Shown: in pieces, positions 1 to 10,119 of the stretch | How positions within the stretch are numbered: the first letter of the stretch is position 1 | How the letters are laid out: every line of letters starts with the position of its first letter | Source: Amphiscolops sp. MND2022 | Lineage: Eukaryota | DNA length: 64,000 nt | Direction: 5' to 3' | NCBI GenBank assembly: GCA_964187785.1 | Contig: OZ076409.1 | Coordinates: 28,584,001 to 28,648,000, forward strand | Program-made: the position numbers and the translations under genes | The notes under the pieces: generated by a model | Told to the model about the DNA's origin: nothing | Database searches by the model: none | The model's input: the letters and a program-made list of their open reading frames with translations, nothing else

Positions 1-69
1 AAAGTTGTTTGAAATCTTTACAGTACCGCTGCTGCTCTCATTATTTTGTTATATATAATGAAACCTTAC

Positions 70-265
70 CCGCTTTCCTTTTTTTCTTCACGAGCGCCTT
101 AGAAACTCCAAACAGAAGAAAATTGCCCATGATTCCCATCGAACACATCAAAATCTGCAAATGTGTGGCAAACGGTAGCAATTTGTATATCAGTGGGAAA
201 CTATCCACCAAGACATCAACACCATGGATAGATGATGTCGTATTTGAGGCATCGGTGACATCCAT
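70..265 (-). CDS. Class A (rhodopsin-like) GPCR, exon 1 (N-terminus + TM1); the gene continues beyond the window start
   Basis: MDVTDASNTT...LLPFATHLQILMCSMGIMGNFLLFGVS..KKKRKAG followed by a GTAAG donor. It has the TM1 GN motif and an N-glycosylation sequon, and the same exon structure and phase-1 junction as the paralog at 31271-31469. Confidence 0.8.
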
Positions 266-2186
266 TTCATACAATAAAAAGATCTGTAAAATATGGTTCA
301 TTGAAGCAAAATACAGTTAGTTGCAAGAACAGATTTCCTGTTGAGTTTCAGTCGAAAAATAAAATTGAAAGAGTTCTGCTCATTATGTCTCTAAAACTAG
401 AAGGTATTTTAGTATTGAAAAGCATACAACCTAGAACTAGCTATATTAGATGAAAAATTAAATTAGCATAAATAAACGCCCTTGCTCCAAGAAAACTTGA
501 TGGAAGCATTGGGAAAAATTCACTTTTATTAATGTTCTGAAGACCTGAACCGTCAAAGAAGTGTACAATAGTGTCAGAGATAAATTGAACTTTCATTTGA
601 AAAAAAAATAACCAAAGCAATACATGTCTGAATTCTGCTATTATCAAGGGTATTCGAAACTCAAATAAACGGACTTCTACAATTTAGTTGGGCACTTGGA
701 ACGTAGGTTCACAAGTAATGAAAACTTTCATTACTTGCTAACCTAATTTTTAAGCGCCTGACTGTCGAATAGTAGAATTCAATAAAAAATGAAATTTTAA
801 AACTTCCTAATTTCATTTTTAATCGAAACCCTTTCCACTAAATTTCCATCGGACAGGTACTTCTTCACTCTCAGAGGACATATGACATTTGTTTAATTTT
901 GAGAAAGTTTGTGTGTATATATTTTTGAACATGAGTTTTCTACTATTCCATTTTCTTCCCTACCTTATAACATGAGGTGCTGTATTTTCACAAAATTCCA
1001 TCTTTTTGATTCATCAAAAAATTTCGAAAAAATTGAACTCGAACCGAATGTGCTAATTAGAGAAATTACACAATTTATCTGGAACTTGAAATGTCATTCA
1101 CTACCATAAATTTATAAATGGAGAAGGAAAAAGAAATCACCATGTGTAAAGCTAGCTGAAATTAAAGAATTCCTGAACTACTCTAGATGCAACAAACTTT
1201 CAGGGCTCGAGCAGAGCCAAAAACATTGCAAAACTTGCTCAAAGCTTGTTCTATTTTGGAGAATAGAAGCTGTTGGCTAAAAAAAGCGTTCTTTGTTTGA
1301 ACGACAAGTTTCGGGTTATTCAACTGATAAATCAAGAGACCCGAATGGCGCTATTTATTTTGAGGGAGCCAGCATTTCGTGAAAATTTTCAATGGGGTAA
1401 AAAGTCTAGAGGGAGAACCTTTTGTCAAAGAAAACTTTCAAATCCTTGAAAAGGCGAAGTATTTGGAAAAGATTTTCCCAGATTCTCCTTGTAACCAAAA
1501 AATTTTAGGCGAAAAGACTAATCTAATACGTTGTAAAATCTGGCGCAAAAAAAACTGGTCACTTCGTTAATCGAGCACTTTTACATGCGCTGACTGAAAC
1601 CGTGCTGCAAGTTCTTTCGTGTTCTTCCTGGTCACACCTGATTTGTTTTTTGAGAATAATGATTATTGAATCAGTATCAGCTCATTTTCCATCGCTAAAT
1701 ACATTACATCAGAAAGCGGTTTTATCATAGTTCAAATTGACAAGTTCCGAATTTTCGCAACTGTTTGGAGTCGAACTTCCGATTTGTCACTTGAATTCGA
1801 ATCGGAATGACGCCAATAAATTGGACAAATTGTGTTTTCATTATTTTATACGTTACATCATCAGAAAACCACTTGCTGTTTGTCCAATTTGGGAAGTTCA
1901 ATTCTAGTTTCGTCCGATTTTTCACTTTCTACACAAAACGCTATTTACTTCGAATTCAACCCCAGAGTTTTTGGATATACCCCGCTTTATTTCTCTGTTC
2001 ACGTTTAAAAATTGGTAGGACCATAGTTCCTTTCGGAAGGATTAAAAATTGGAGATTGGTTAAAATAGAACCCTGGTACGGCCTAATATAAATAGATGTG
2101 ATACGCTGTCTTTTGTTTGTTGTTTTCTTACAAACTAAAAATCTCAGTTCTAGCGCGGGAATTTTTTCCAAAGTTCTTTCCGACTG

Positions 2187-2430
2187 TTTTTGCCGATAGG
2201 TTATAGATGCTAGTAGAATGCTAGAATGTACTTTCCCTTTGGTTTAGAGGCTAACTAGTTTTTCTGTGTCTTGCGACAGGGTCAAGGAAGCCTTACCGTT
2301 TTTGCCGATAGGTTATAGATGCTAGTAGAACGCTAGAAAACCACTTTTGGTTTAGAGGCTAACTTTCCATTTGGTTTAGAGGCTAACTAGTTTTTCTGTG
2401 TCTTGCGACAGGGTCAAGGAAGCCTTACCG
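2187..2430. repeat. Tandem duplication of a ~112-bp unit just upstream of the Polinton
   Basis: Two copies of gtttttgccgataggttatagatgctagtagaa...cagggtcaaggaagccttaccg. The second copy contains an extra ttggtttagaggctaact. Confidence 0.85.
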
Positions 2431-2493
2431 CACAGGTACGAGGGAAGACCATTTTTTCCGCGAAAAAATTCGTTTTTGATGTTTTAGCACAGA

Positions 2494-2662
2494 AGTAGTA
2501 TACGAATTCCCGATTCGGACCAGTCAAATATATTTTTTAAAAAAAATGTTGATTATTATTTTTTTAAAAGTCAACGTTTTTTTCACAGCTAACTGTTAAA
2601 AAATAACCAAGGCAAACCATCTAAAAATTAGTTATTTTTCACAACGGAAAAATTAACAAAAT
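2494..2662 (+). repeat. Polinton left terminal inverted repeat
   Basis: Reverse complement of 15995-16242, e.g. aactgttaaaaaataaccaaggcaaaccatctaaaa and cgaattcccgattcggaccagtcaaa. Confidence 0.92.
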
Positions 2663-2682
2663 TGATGAAAAATAACTATTAA

Positions 2683-3078
2683 ATGAATTATTTATCATTC
2701 AAAGAATTTGTTAATAACTATGGATTAAAAAATGAAGCAACTTCCAATGTAGAAATAAAAGAAATCCTAAAACTCATGAACACATCTTGTGGAATATATA
2801 TGAGAGATGATAAGTTTACCACTACCAGTGGTATAGTTAACTTACATCCAACTAAAGGAACACATTGGGTTATGTTTACAAACCAAAACTATTTCGATTC
2901 ATATGGCTGTCCACCACCACTAAATATAACAAAACAAATTAATAATGGTATCTATTCAGAATATCAAATCCAGAAAGACGACAGTTATTGTGCAGCTTAT
3001 TGTTTGTATGTGTTATAACTCACAAATATAATTGGTTTCAAAAATGCAGTTTTAAACTTATATTATCAAACTTTATGA
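2683..3078 (+). pseudogene. Adenain-like (clan CE) maturation cysteine protease (Polinton PRO), with a probable premature stop at 3016-3018
   Basis: GTHWV (His), YFDSYG (Asp), QIQ..DSYCAAYC (Gln, Cys). After the TAA the frame continues LTNIIGFKNAVLNLYYQTL to a TGA at 3078. Confidence 0.85.
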
Positions 3079-3085
3079 ATAATAA

Positions 3086-3226
3086 ATGAAGAAAATTAAT
3101 AATTATTCAGCTCAATTTAAGATTATTCAAAAACCAATGAATACCAATGAGAATCAATTTGATGAGAAAGTAATAGAAAAAAATAATCCAAAAAAAAATT
3201 ATCAAAACAAAACCAAGAATTTATAA
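3086..3226 (+). CDS. Small hypothetical Polinton ORF (46 aa, possibly frameshifted in an A-run)
   Basis: The ATG lies in a TAAATG context like the other genes and the ORF fills the PRO-mCP gap; MKKINNYSAQFKIIQKP... Confidence 0.4.
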   Translation: MKKINNYSAQFKIIQKPMNTNENQFDEKVIEKNNPKKNYQNKTKNL

Positions 3227-3270
3227 ATAAGATATCCGCAAGTGGATTTAAACAATTTTTCTCCTAATAA

Positions 3271-4317
3271 ATGGATCTATCAAATTTTGTAACCTATGAT
3301 AAAAAAGAATCTCTTTTATTGAGTATTGCAAAATCTAATTTGGATATTGTTGAAAATACCTTATGCAAACCACAAGAAACTTTAGAATTTAAAATGAATA
3401 AACAAAAAGAATCTTTTTCATTTGATATTCCACTAGACTTACCTGAACAATGGATGATGGGAGTAACAAGTTTAGAAAATTATAATACAGTTTATAACAT
3501 TGCTGAGAAGAACAATAAATTTAAACTTCTTTATACAGAAAAAATGTTAAAAGAAAATGATGTTGACACTCAATTAATAACAAATGTTGAGTATTTATAT
3601 AAAACCTCTGGTGATATAGAAAAAATTAAAAAACTTATAGTTAATGATAATGCTGAAATTAAGACTATTACTAAAACAGATTATGATTATTTGATGAAAA
3701 TAATTGATCAAATTAATCAATTTACCGAAGGTGCTTTGCACATTAAAGATAAACCAATTGTTATTTCTGGAATTGGATCTGTAACTGATTCCATTGAAAT
3801 AGAACTACCACCAGGAGCATATGAATTAGTTGATATAAATAATACCATCCAGCAAGAACTTATTAAATGTTGTACTTTACCTGGTGGTAGTTCTGACCTT
3901 AAACTCAACATAGAAGCAGATACAATATCAATGAAATCAGTTTTAACAACTGCTAGTGGTATATATTTTAATTCAGAATTAAATAAACTTTTAGGGTTTA
4001 CAAACAAGGAATATCCAGCAGGAACACATATTTCAGAAAAACCAGTTATGATAACAACGACAGACAAAGTTCATCTTAAATGTGATTGTGTAGATGGTTC
4101 AATTGTTAATGGCATACGAGAACAAATTTTATTTTCTTTTAATCTTAGTGCTCCTCCCGGATATAAAATTATAAAAGAACCCAATATTATTTTGTATAAA
4201 AAAATAAACAAAACAAGGTTAGATAGTATTCAATTTTTCCTTGAGGATAACAATGATAACCCAGTTGATTTCAACTCTGAAACATTAACATTTACAAATC
4301 AAATCATCAAGATTTAA
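3271..4317 (+). CDS. Minor capsid (penton, single jelly-roll) protein
   Basis: N-terminal FDIPLDLPEQWMMGVTSL.NYN.VYNI and C-terminal HLKCDCVDGSIVNG...PPGYKI..EP..ILYKKI...LDSI.FFLED....VDFNSE patterns typical of Polinton/PLV pentons. Confidence 0.8.
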   Translation: MDLSNFVTYDKKESLLLSIAKSNLDIVENTLCKPQETLEFKMNKQKESFSFDIPLDLPEQWMMGVTSLENYNTVYNIAEKNNKFKLLYTEKMLKENDVDTQLITNVEYLYKTSGDIEKIKKLIVNDNAEIKTITKTDYDYLMKIIDQINQFTEGALHIKDKPIVISGIGSVTDSIEIELPPGAYELVDINNTIQQELIKCCTLPGGSSDLKLNIEADTISMKSVLTTASGIYFNSELNKLLGFTNKEYPAGTHISEKPVMITTTDKVHLKCDCVDGSIVNGIREQILFSFNLSAPPGYKIIKEPNIILYKKINKTRLDSIQFFLEDNNDNPVDFNSETLTFTNQIIKI

Positions 4318-4329
4318 TCTTAATAAATA

Positions 4330-4744
4330 ATGAGCATTAATCTTAAATAATAATAAATTTAAAAATAATTCATATTGTGTTGGTGGAAAACATTATTCCG
4401 CTACCATAAATATTCGTGGAGATATTACTCAAAATAAAAAAACAGGAGCACCTGTTAAATTATTAAGAGGTACTTGTTCAACTTGCAAAAGAAATAAATC
4501 ACTTATAGTATCTGATCAAACTATACAAGCAGAAGGATTAGGTGACTTTTTCCGAGGTATAGGAAAAGCCGCCAAGAATGTCGGAAAAAAAATTTTAAAC
4601 AATCCTGGAAGAGCATTAGAACTCGCAGCTAATATCGGTACTGCAGCAGCAAGTAAAAATCCCCGAGTGATAGCAGCAACTCCTCCTGATATTATAAAAT
4701 TTGTTCATCAAGGAAAAGGCCTGTACTTGGGTAAAATTCATTGA
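4330..4744 (+). pseudogene. Zn-ribbon plus amphipathic-helix protein (candidate virion core or membrane-lytic protein); start codon out of frame and absent from the ORF track
   Basis: Open frame 4334-4744: NSYCVGGKH...LLRGTCSTCKRNKS...QAEGLGDFFRGIGKAAKNVGKKILNNPGRAL...HQGKGLYLGKIH*. The ATG at 4330 is one frame off, next to a local ttaatctta duplication. Confidence 0.75.
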
Positions 4745-4793
4745 TTTACAGCCGAGCTGTAAATTAAATATTATTTTTTATGAATAATAAATT

Positions 4794-5748
4794 ATGTATT
4801 CAATTCATAATCGAGAGGATTTAGAGAAATTAAAAAAATTGCAAGAAACAAAATCTTCTTTGAAAGCTGAAAGATTAAAAGAGAAACTAGGGAAGCAAGA
4901 TTTTCATTACGATATGGAAGAAGTTTTTGAACCCGTAACAGAAAAACAGAAACAACATTTCTAAACAACAAGAATTTTCCGAAAAACAAATACAAGCACT
5001 ACAAGATTCGACTCAAACTACAACACAAGCAATACAAGACCAAACTAGAGCAATACAAGACTCGAGTAATACTCCTAATAAAAAATTACATAAATCAGTT
5101 AAAGAAGGAATACAAGAATATGATAAAATTACAAATCGTAATAATCAAATTGTTACAGATCTTGTTAACTCAAACCAAGTTGATTCTAGTATCGTTAAGA
5201 CAGTTTCTAATTTGCTTAATGACAACAACAAAAGTCAATTTAGTTTAGAACCCGTGGAAGGAAGTTCCAATTTATTCACAATTAACCCTCATAATCCCCA
5301 ACAAGTACTAATCAAAGGTTCAACGATGATTTTCCCGAATGGTAAGACGTACTATTTAAATGATCCGGATCTTTCATATTTTATAACGAATACACACTTC
5401 GATAATCTATCACAAAATAGCAAAATAATTTACAGTTTTTTAAATGATATGAAATATAATATAAATTATGGAGATAAAAAATCACATAGATATTATTTTA
5501 TTAAAGCTATGTTACAACCACAAATAGGAAGTGGATTAAATTTTGTTTTTCTTCCATCTGATCCAGATGAGCTTGTAGATCAAATAAAACTACTTTATTT
5601 TGAAAAAGTAGGAGGAAATGATAATCCTATGCTTAGTGAACAAATCATAGCAATTGCAGATAAACTTTTACAATACCAATGTATTACAACAAATCAACAT
5701 CAAAACCTAGTAAGCACTTTTACTAAAAAGGATCAGTTTGTGGATTAA
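4794..5748 (+). pseudogene. Polinton protein of unknown function (coiled-coil N-terminus, LPSDPxELxD C-terminus), frameshifted near 4955
   Basis: MYSIHNREDLEKLKKLQE...EEVFEPVTEKQ continues in the +1 frame (SKQQEFSEKQIQALQD...) into track ORF 5212-5748, ending QIGSGLNFVFLPSDPDELVDQIKLL..EK.GGNDN. Confidence 0.7.
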
Positions 5749-6702
5749 ATATCTGGTATTGCAGATTGGATTCATTACATATCATATACTTACTCCCATT
5801 TTTACCTTCTAACCTATTTATTAATAAATAATTATACTCATCCCGCCATGCTTCTCTGCATAAACTTTTGAATTCATCATTGGACATATCAAAACCTGCT
5901 ATGTCTCTATAAATGTGTTCAACATTTTCAATGTTTGTCGAAAAAAAATTATAATATTACTATTGTTTCTAATTGTTCTTTTAGGTAAATCAAAATATGA
6001 CTGTGATAAATAATAAACATCCAGATCATTAGGTCTTCTCCTAGTAAAAAATGGGTCTATTAATTTCTGATTGGAGTCTAACATATCATCAAATACAACA
6101 CAACAATTTTGAATATCTTGAATACTTTTATCACCTAAATCTTCTTCCACTGAAACATCTTCTATTTCAATTTTATTGTATTGTTCCGGACTCCTTGTAA
6201 TAATATGAATTTTCCTTGTATTATCATCCAATCGAATTAACTGTAATTTGTTTAATAACAAATGGGTCTTACCACAAAATGATGGGCCAACTATCAATGT
6301 CCTATTACAATTATTTTCAATTTGATTATTATTATCATCAATTTGATTATTATGATTTTCATTATTATCATCAATTTGATTATTATCAATTTGATTATTA
6401 TCATCATCAATTTGATTTTCATTACCATCATCAATTTGAATATTATTTAAAAAATATACATCTTCTAATAATTTAATACATCTTTTTAAATGTTTTGATA
6501 AATAGATTTTATTTAATTCTTTATTACAGAATTCACATTTTACTTTTTTATTGAAACATTCTATACATGTACTATACAATTTACCATTTCTATATTTGTA
6601 AAAATCTGTTTTCAATATAATACATTCTTTACATCTTTTTTTATTCTCACAATCGAAGCAGACAGATTTTTCATTACTTTTTCCACAAATTAAACACTTC
6701 AT
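5723..6702 (-). pseudogene. A32/FtsK-like packaging ATPase 1 with an N-terminal CxxC-rich region and NQIDD repeats; 1-nt frameshift near 5925
   Basis: Walker A GPSFCGKT, Walker B VVFDDM, degraded Arg-finger motif (RRP for GRH), LSQSYF..PK.TIRNN. After the frameshift it continues VEHIYRDIAGFDMS.DEFK.LC..AW.....L.IN to a TAG at 5723-5725. Confidence 0.85.
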
Positions 6703-6722
6703 TTATTTAGTAAAAAATCACT

Positions 6723-6820
6723 AAATCACTAAGCAAATTCACTAAGAGCACATCTTCTTAAGTGTAGCCTTATTTGCTTAGTGAAAAAAATATGCTCTTA
6801 GTGAATTTACTTAGTGATTT
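6723..6820. other. Intergenic inverted repeat (28-bp arms, 1 mismatch) built from CACTAAG units
   Basis: aaatcactaagcaaattcactaagagca (6723-6750) pairs with tgctcttagtgaatttacttagtgattt (6793-6820); further ACTAAG units extend to ~6840. Confidence 0.85.
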
Positions 6821-6855
6821 TACTAAGAAAATTACTAAGAAATCAGACCCATTTT

Positions 6856-7867
6856 TTAATTACTTTTACTAAACCTAATTGCTTGATCAATTATAATTTC
6901 CTTAAATTCCTCTTTAAGTTGATCTGAAATTAATGGTTGTTGCATGCGTTCAACGTAGTTGTCTATTTTAGATTCATTCACTTTTATTTTATTTTGTTTA
7001 CAATAATATACATAATAATAAGCTACATTAAAAGGTGTTATTTCAATTGTTTGATCTGACATATCTTCTAGGAATATTTTAAGTTTATTAAATTCTTCAC
7101 CTGTAAAGAAATAACTTTCATATTTTACATAATCTTCAGGACTCCATTTATGTTTAGTTGTATCGTAGATTAGTTGGTACTTTTGATTGAGTATTTTATA
7201 CTTTTGTGATCTAGTATCAAATTCATTTACACCAAATTCTAACTGACTACGATATTGTTTCCATTTAAGATCTTCTTTGATTGAATAAGTTTGTATTATG
7301 GTTTCAAAGAAACTATCTGGATTATTTATTGTGATATATAATTTAAAACAATTCTCTCTCACTATTGGGAGAACATCCTTTGCATAGTGAGCAAGGTATA
7401 TAACTTGTAAATTATTGTGTCTACCAAACCGAAATAAGTCTTCTACTTTTGTTTTAAGTTGCTTATAAGCACCCGCATCGTCTAAAATTATCGTTCTATT
7501 CGCAAGTGATTCAATTTCTATTTTTTTCTAACTGCAACAAAGGTATATAATTATCATTAAACTCAGTCTCATCTCTACCGAATACTATAAAACTTGTTTT
7601 AGTTTGATCCAAATAATACCTAAGGAAATTAGTCTTACCTGATCCACTAGTACCATAAATTAACATATGGCAATTTGTATTTGTGTTTGGTGGAGTAAGT
7701 TCTTGTTCTTCTTCTTTGTTAGTTAAATGAGATTTTTTAAATCCCTTGAATTGTTTTAGTTTTTGGTATAATTTTTCGTAATGTCTAGGTCTAATATAAT
7801 ACCAATAAATATATAAAACTGTAATAAAGATTACACATAATAAACCTATATATAATTTTTTATTCAT
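6856..7867 (-). pseudogene. A32/FtsK-like packaging ATPase 2 with an N-terminal transmembrane helix; 1-nt frameshift in a homopolymer at ~7521-7527
   Basis: Joins track ORFs 7511-7867 and 6856-7362: LYIGLLCVIFITVLYIYWYY (TM), HMLIYGTSGSGKT (Walker A), then TIILDDAG (Walker B), LFRFGRHNNLQVIYLAH (Arg finger and sensor) and PIVREN. Confidence 0.85.
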
Positions 7868-7881
7868 TTATTAGGAAATAA

Positions 7882-8739
7882 ATGAATGAAAAGAAAGAAA
7901 TTGTTAAAGAAATATTCTCTCCTGTAATCAAGAAGTTTCAAAGAATTCAAATACAAACTCACTATAAAGATGAGTGTTGGAGTATTGATCTGATAGACAG
8001 GTCTAGCTTAGCAAAATACAACAAAAACTACAAGTTTATTTTTACAATAATTGACAATCATACTAAATATGCATGGGCGATTCCTCTTAAAGATAAATCA
8101 GGAAGAAGTACAACAAATGCATTTAAAAGTCTTATCGAAAAAACAAAAAGAAAACCGGATAAAATATGGTCAGATAGAGGTAAAGAGTTTTATAACAAAA
8201 CATTTTTGGATTTCCTACAAGAACAAAACATTCATATTTATTCAACTAATTCAGATTTAAAAGCTGTTTTTGTTGAACGCTTCAATAGAACATTATTAGA
8301 TCTAATAAAAAAACCAATGTATAATGAAGGTAAAGCTTGTTGGTTGAATCACCTTGATGCTGCTATGGAAAAATGTAATAATCGTGTTCATGGTACAACA
8401 AAAATGACACCATTTGAAATGGTTACCAATACTAATAAAATTATCAATATTAAAATTAATAAAAGTGAAAAAATACCCAAATTTCAAGTGGGAGACTATG
8501 TAAGAGTTCCTGACAAAAGGAACATTTATTCAAAAGGTTATACAACAAATTGGAACAGAGAACTTTTCAAAATACACAAAATTAATCCAACTAACCCAGT
8601 TACGTATGGTTTAGTAGATGAAAACAACGAACAAATAGAAGGAAAATTTTATGAACAAGAACTTTTAAGGAGTGTATTCAATTTTAAATCTAACAACAAA
8701 ACGTTAGAAAGTATGAATATTTTCCATCAAAATGAGTAA
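7882..8739 (+). CDS. Retroviral-like (rve) DDE integrase of Polinton type; no C-terminal chromodomain evident
   Basis: WSIDLID, IDNHTKYAW, IWSDRGKEF, VERFNRTL, PKFQVGDYVR, KGYTTNW, G.FYEQEL. Confidence 0.95.
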   Translation: MNEKKEIVKEIFSPVIKKFQRIQIQTHYKDECWSIDLIDRSSLAKYNKNYKFIFTIIDNHTKYAWAIPLKDKSGRSTTNAFKSLIEKTKRKPDKIWSDRGKEFYNKTFLDFLQEQNIHIYSTNSDLKAVFVERFNRTLLDLIKKPMYNEGKACWLNHLDAAMEKCNNRVHGTTKMTPFEMVTNTNKIINIKINKSEKIPKFQVGDYVRVPDKRNIYSKGYTTNWNRELFKIHKINPTNPVTYGLVDENNEQIEGKFYEQELLRSVFNFKSNNKTLESMNIFHQNE

Positions 8740-8756
8740 ATGTATTTAAATAAATA

Positions 8757-9458
8757 ATGTCAATTCATAAATTTGGTTATAGTGCCGAGAGTCTACAAAA
8801 AGATAAGATTGAGAATTTAGAAAAAAAATTCGAATCACAAACCAAATTGTTTAATATAAAACTTATTAATATTTCTGACAAATTAGAAAACTCTGAAAAC
8901 CTACAAAGTGTACAAGAAATTAATTTTGATGATGGTGAAACCAAGGTAGTAGTCAATGCAAAGTTATTCTTAGACATAAATAAAAATATAGAAGACTTGA
9001 AAATCAACCTGAAATACTTAGAACAAGATGTTAAAAATAAAGTTTTAGAAAAGAAAAAAGAAATAATTTTGGATGCTGCCAAGTTATTGGAAGAACAACA
9101 AACCATTTTACGTAATCATTTTGAGAAAAACCTTATTTTGGAATTGGAAAAATGTAAAAATCAAACTGTCAAAGATGTTATACAACTATTGTACAACAAA
9201 GGATTGTTTGACTCATTTGAAAATAAAGACCAAATCTTTAATGAGTACTTATATTTTAGTGATGAATACTTGTTGGAAAAATACGGAAAAGAAATAAAGA
9301 CATCAGATGGTGTGTATTATTTATCTGATTTAGACTATTCAACGCGAGAAGATATTTTGAAGTGCTTAAAAATAGATGAATACAAAGATATTGTTGACCT
9401 TAAATATAGAATGAAACTAACCGATACTGAGATAACTTTCATACTTTTTGAAGAGTGA
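8757..9458 (+). CDS. Hypothetical Polinton protein (233 aa, coiled-coil-like)
   Basis: Intact ORF between the integrase and the membrane protein; TAAATAATG start context; no recognisable motif. Confidence 0.65.
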   Translation: MSIHKFGYSAESLQKDKIENLEKKFESQTKLFNIKLINISDKLENSENLQSVQEINFDDGETKVVVNAKLFLDINKNIEDLKINLKYLEQDVKNKVLEKKKEIILDAAKLLEEQQTILRNHFEKNLILELEKCKNQTVKDVIQLLYNKGLFDSFENKDQIFNEYLYFSDEYLLEKYGKEIKTSDGVYYLSDLDYSTREDILKCLKIDEYKDIVDLKYRMKLTDTEITFILFEE

Positions 9459-9492
9459 ATACTTGTAAAATTAAGTTTTTATTTAAAATTAA

Positions 9493-10009
9493 ATGAGTGA
9501 AAAATTGTATCCTTGTTTAGGTGAATCAGATAATCTTGATCTTAGATGGAAAGAAATAAATAGTTTTAATAATTCAATTCAAAATATAAAAGATATTCAA
9601 AATTTTTATAATCATGAAGCTAAAAAGTATAAAAAGAAATCTAAAATATATAAAATTATCAACAGTTTAATTCAATCTATTGATGGAGTTTCAGTACTAG
9701 CAGTATCATCAACATGTGTCACGTTGAGTGTCACAGGAGTTGGACTTGTTGTTGTACCTATAGCAAGTGGTATAGGTGCAGGTTTATGTATAATCAGTAA
9801 AATTGCTGGAGAGTACCTGAAAAGAACAACATATTATTAAAAAATATACTCTTGCTGGTAGAACACTACATGATTTCTGTAAACTACATTCAAAATGTTT
9901 AGAAGACAATAAAATTGATCTGAATGAATACAACAAATTAAAACAAACATACGATGTGTATAAAAACAATAAAACTAAACTAAATTCTGAGTTTAATTTT
10001 TTAGGATAA
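9493..10009 (+). pseudogene. Polinton predicted membrane protein (Gly-rich hydrophobic hairpin), frameshifted near 9822
   Basis: LYP...KKYKK...VSVLAVSSTCVTLSVTGVGLVVVPIASGIGAGLCII; continues in another frame as KEQHIIKKYTLA..TL......SKCLEDNKIDLNEY..L...YD.YK to a TAA at 10009. Confidence 0.7.
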
Positions 10010-10119
10010 ATTTATTTAGTAAAAATAATATAAATATAAATTTGAAATCATCATCATGAATATTTATTCTTTTACAAACCGAAGATTTGTAGAAAAAATG
10101 AATATTTTTTTCTATATAA

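Noticed and set aside
6216..6476. + strand ORF with FDYYYHQ repeats
   Set aside because: It is the antisense shadow of the NQIDD microsatellite in ATPase 1.
6716..6842. Baculovirus late promoter (TAAG) cluster
   Set aside because: The units are mostly CTAAG, which does not match the (A/G/T)TAAG consensus, and they do not precede other genes.
7515..7530. Programmed ribosomal frameshift in ATPase 2
   Set aside because: The element has several other lesions, and a homopolymer indel or sequencing error is the simpler explanation.
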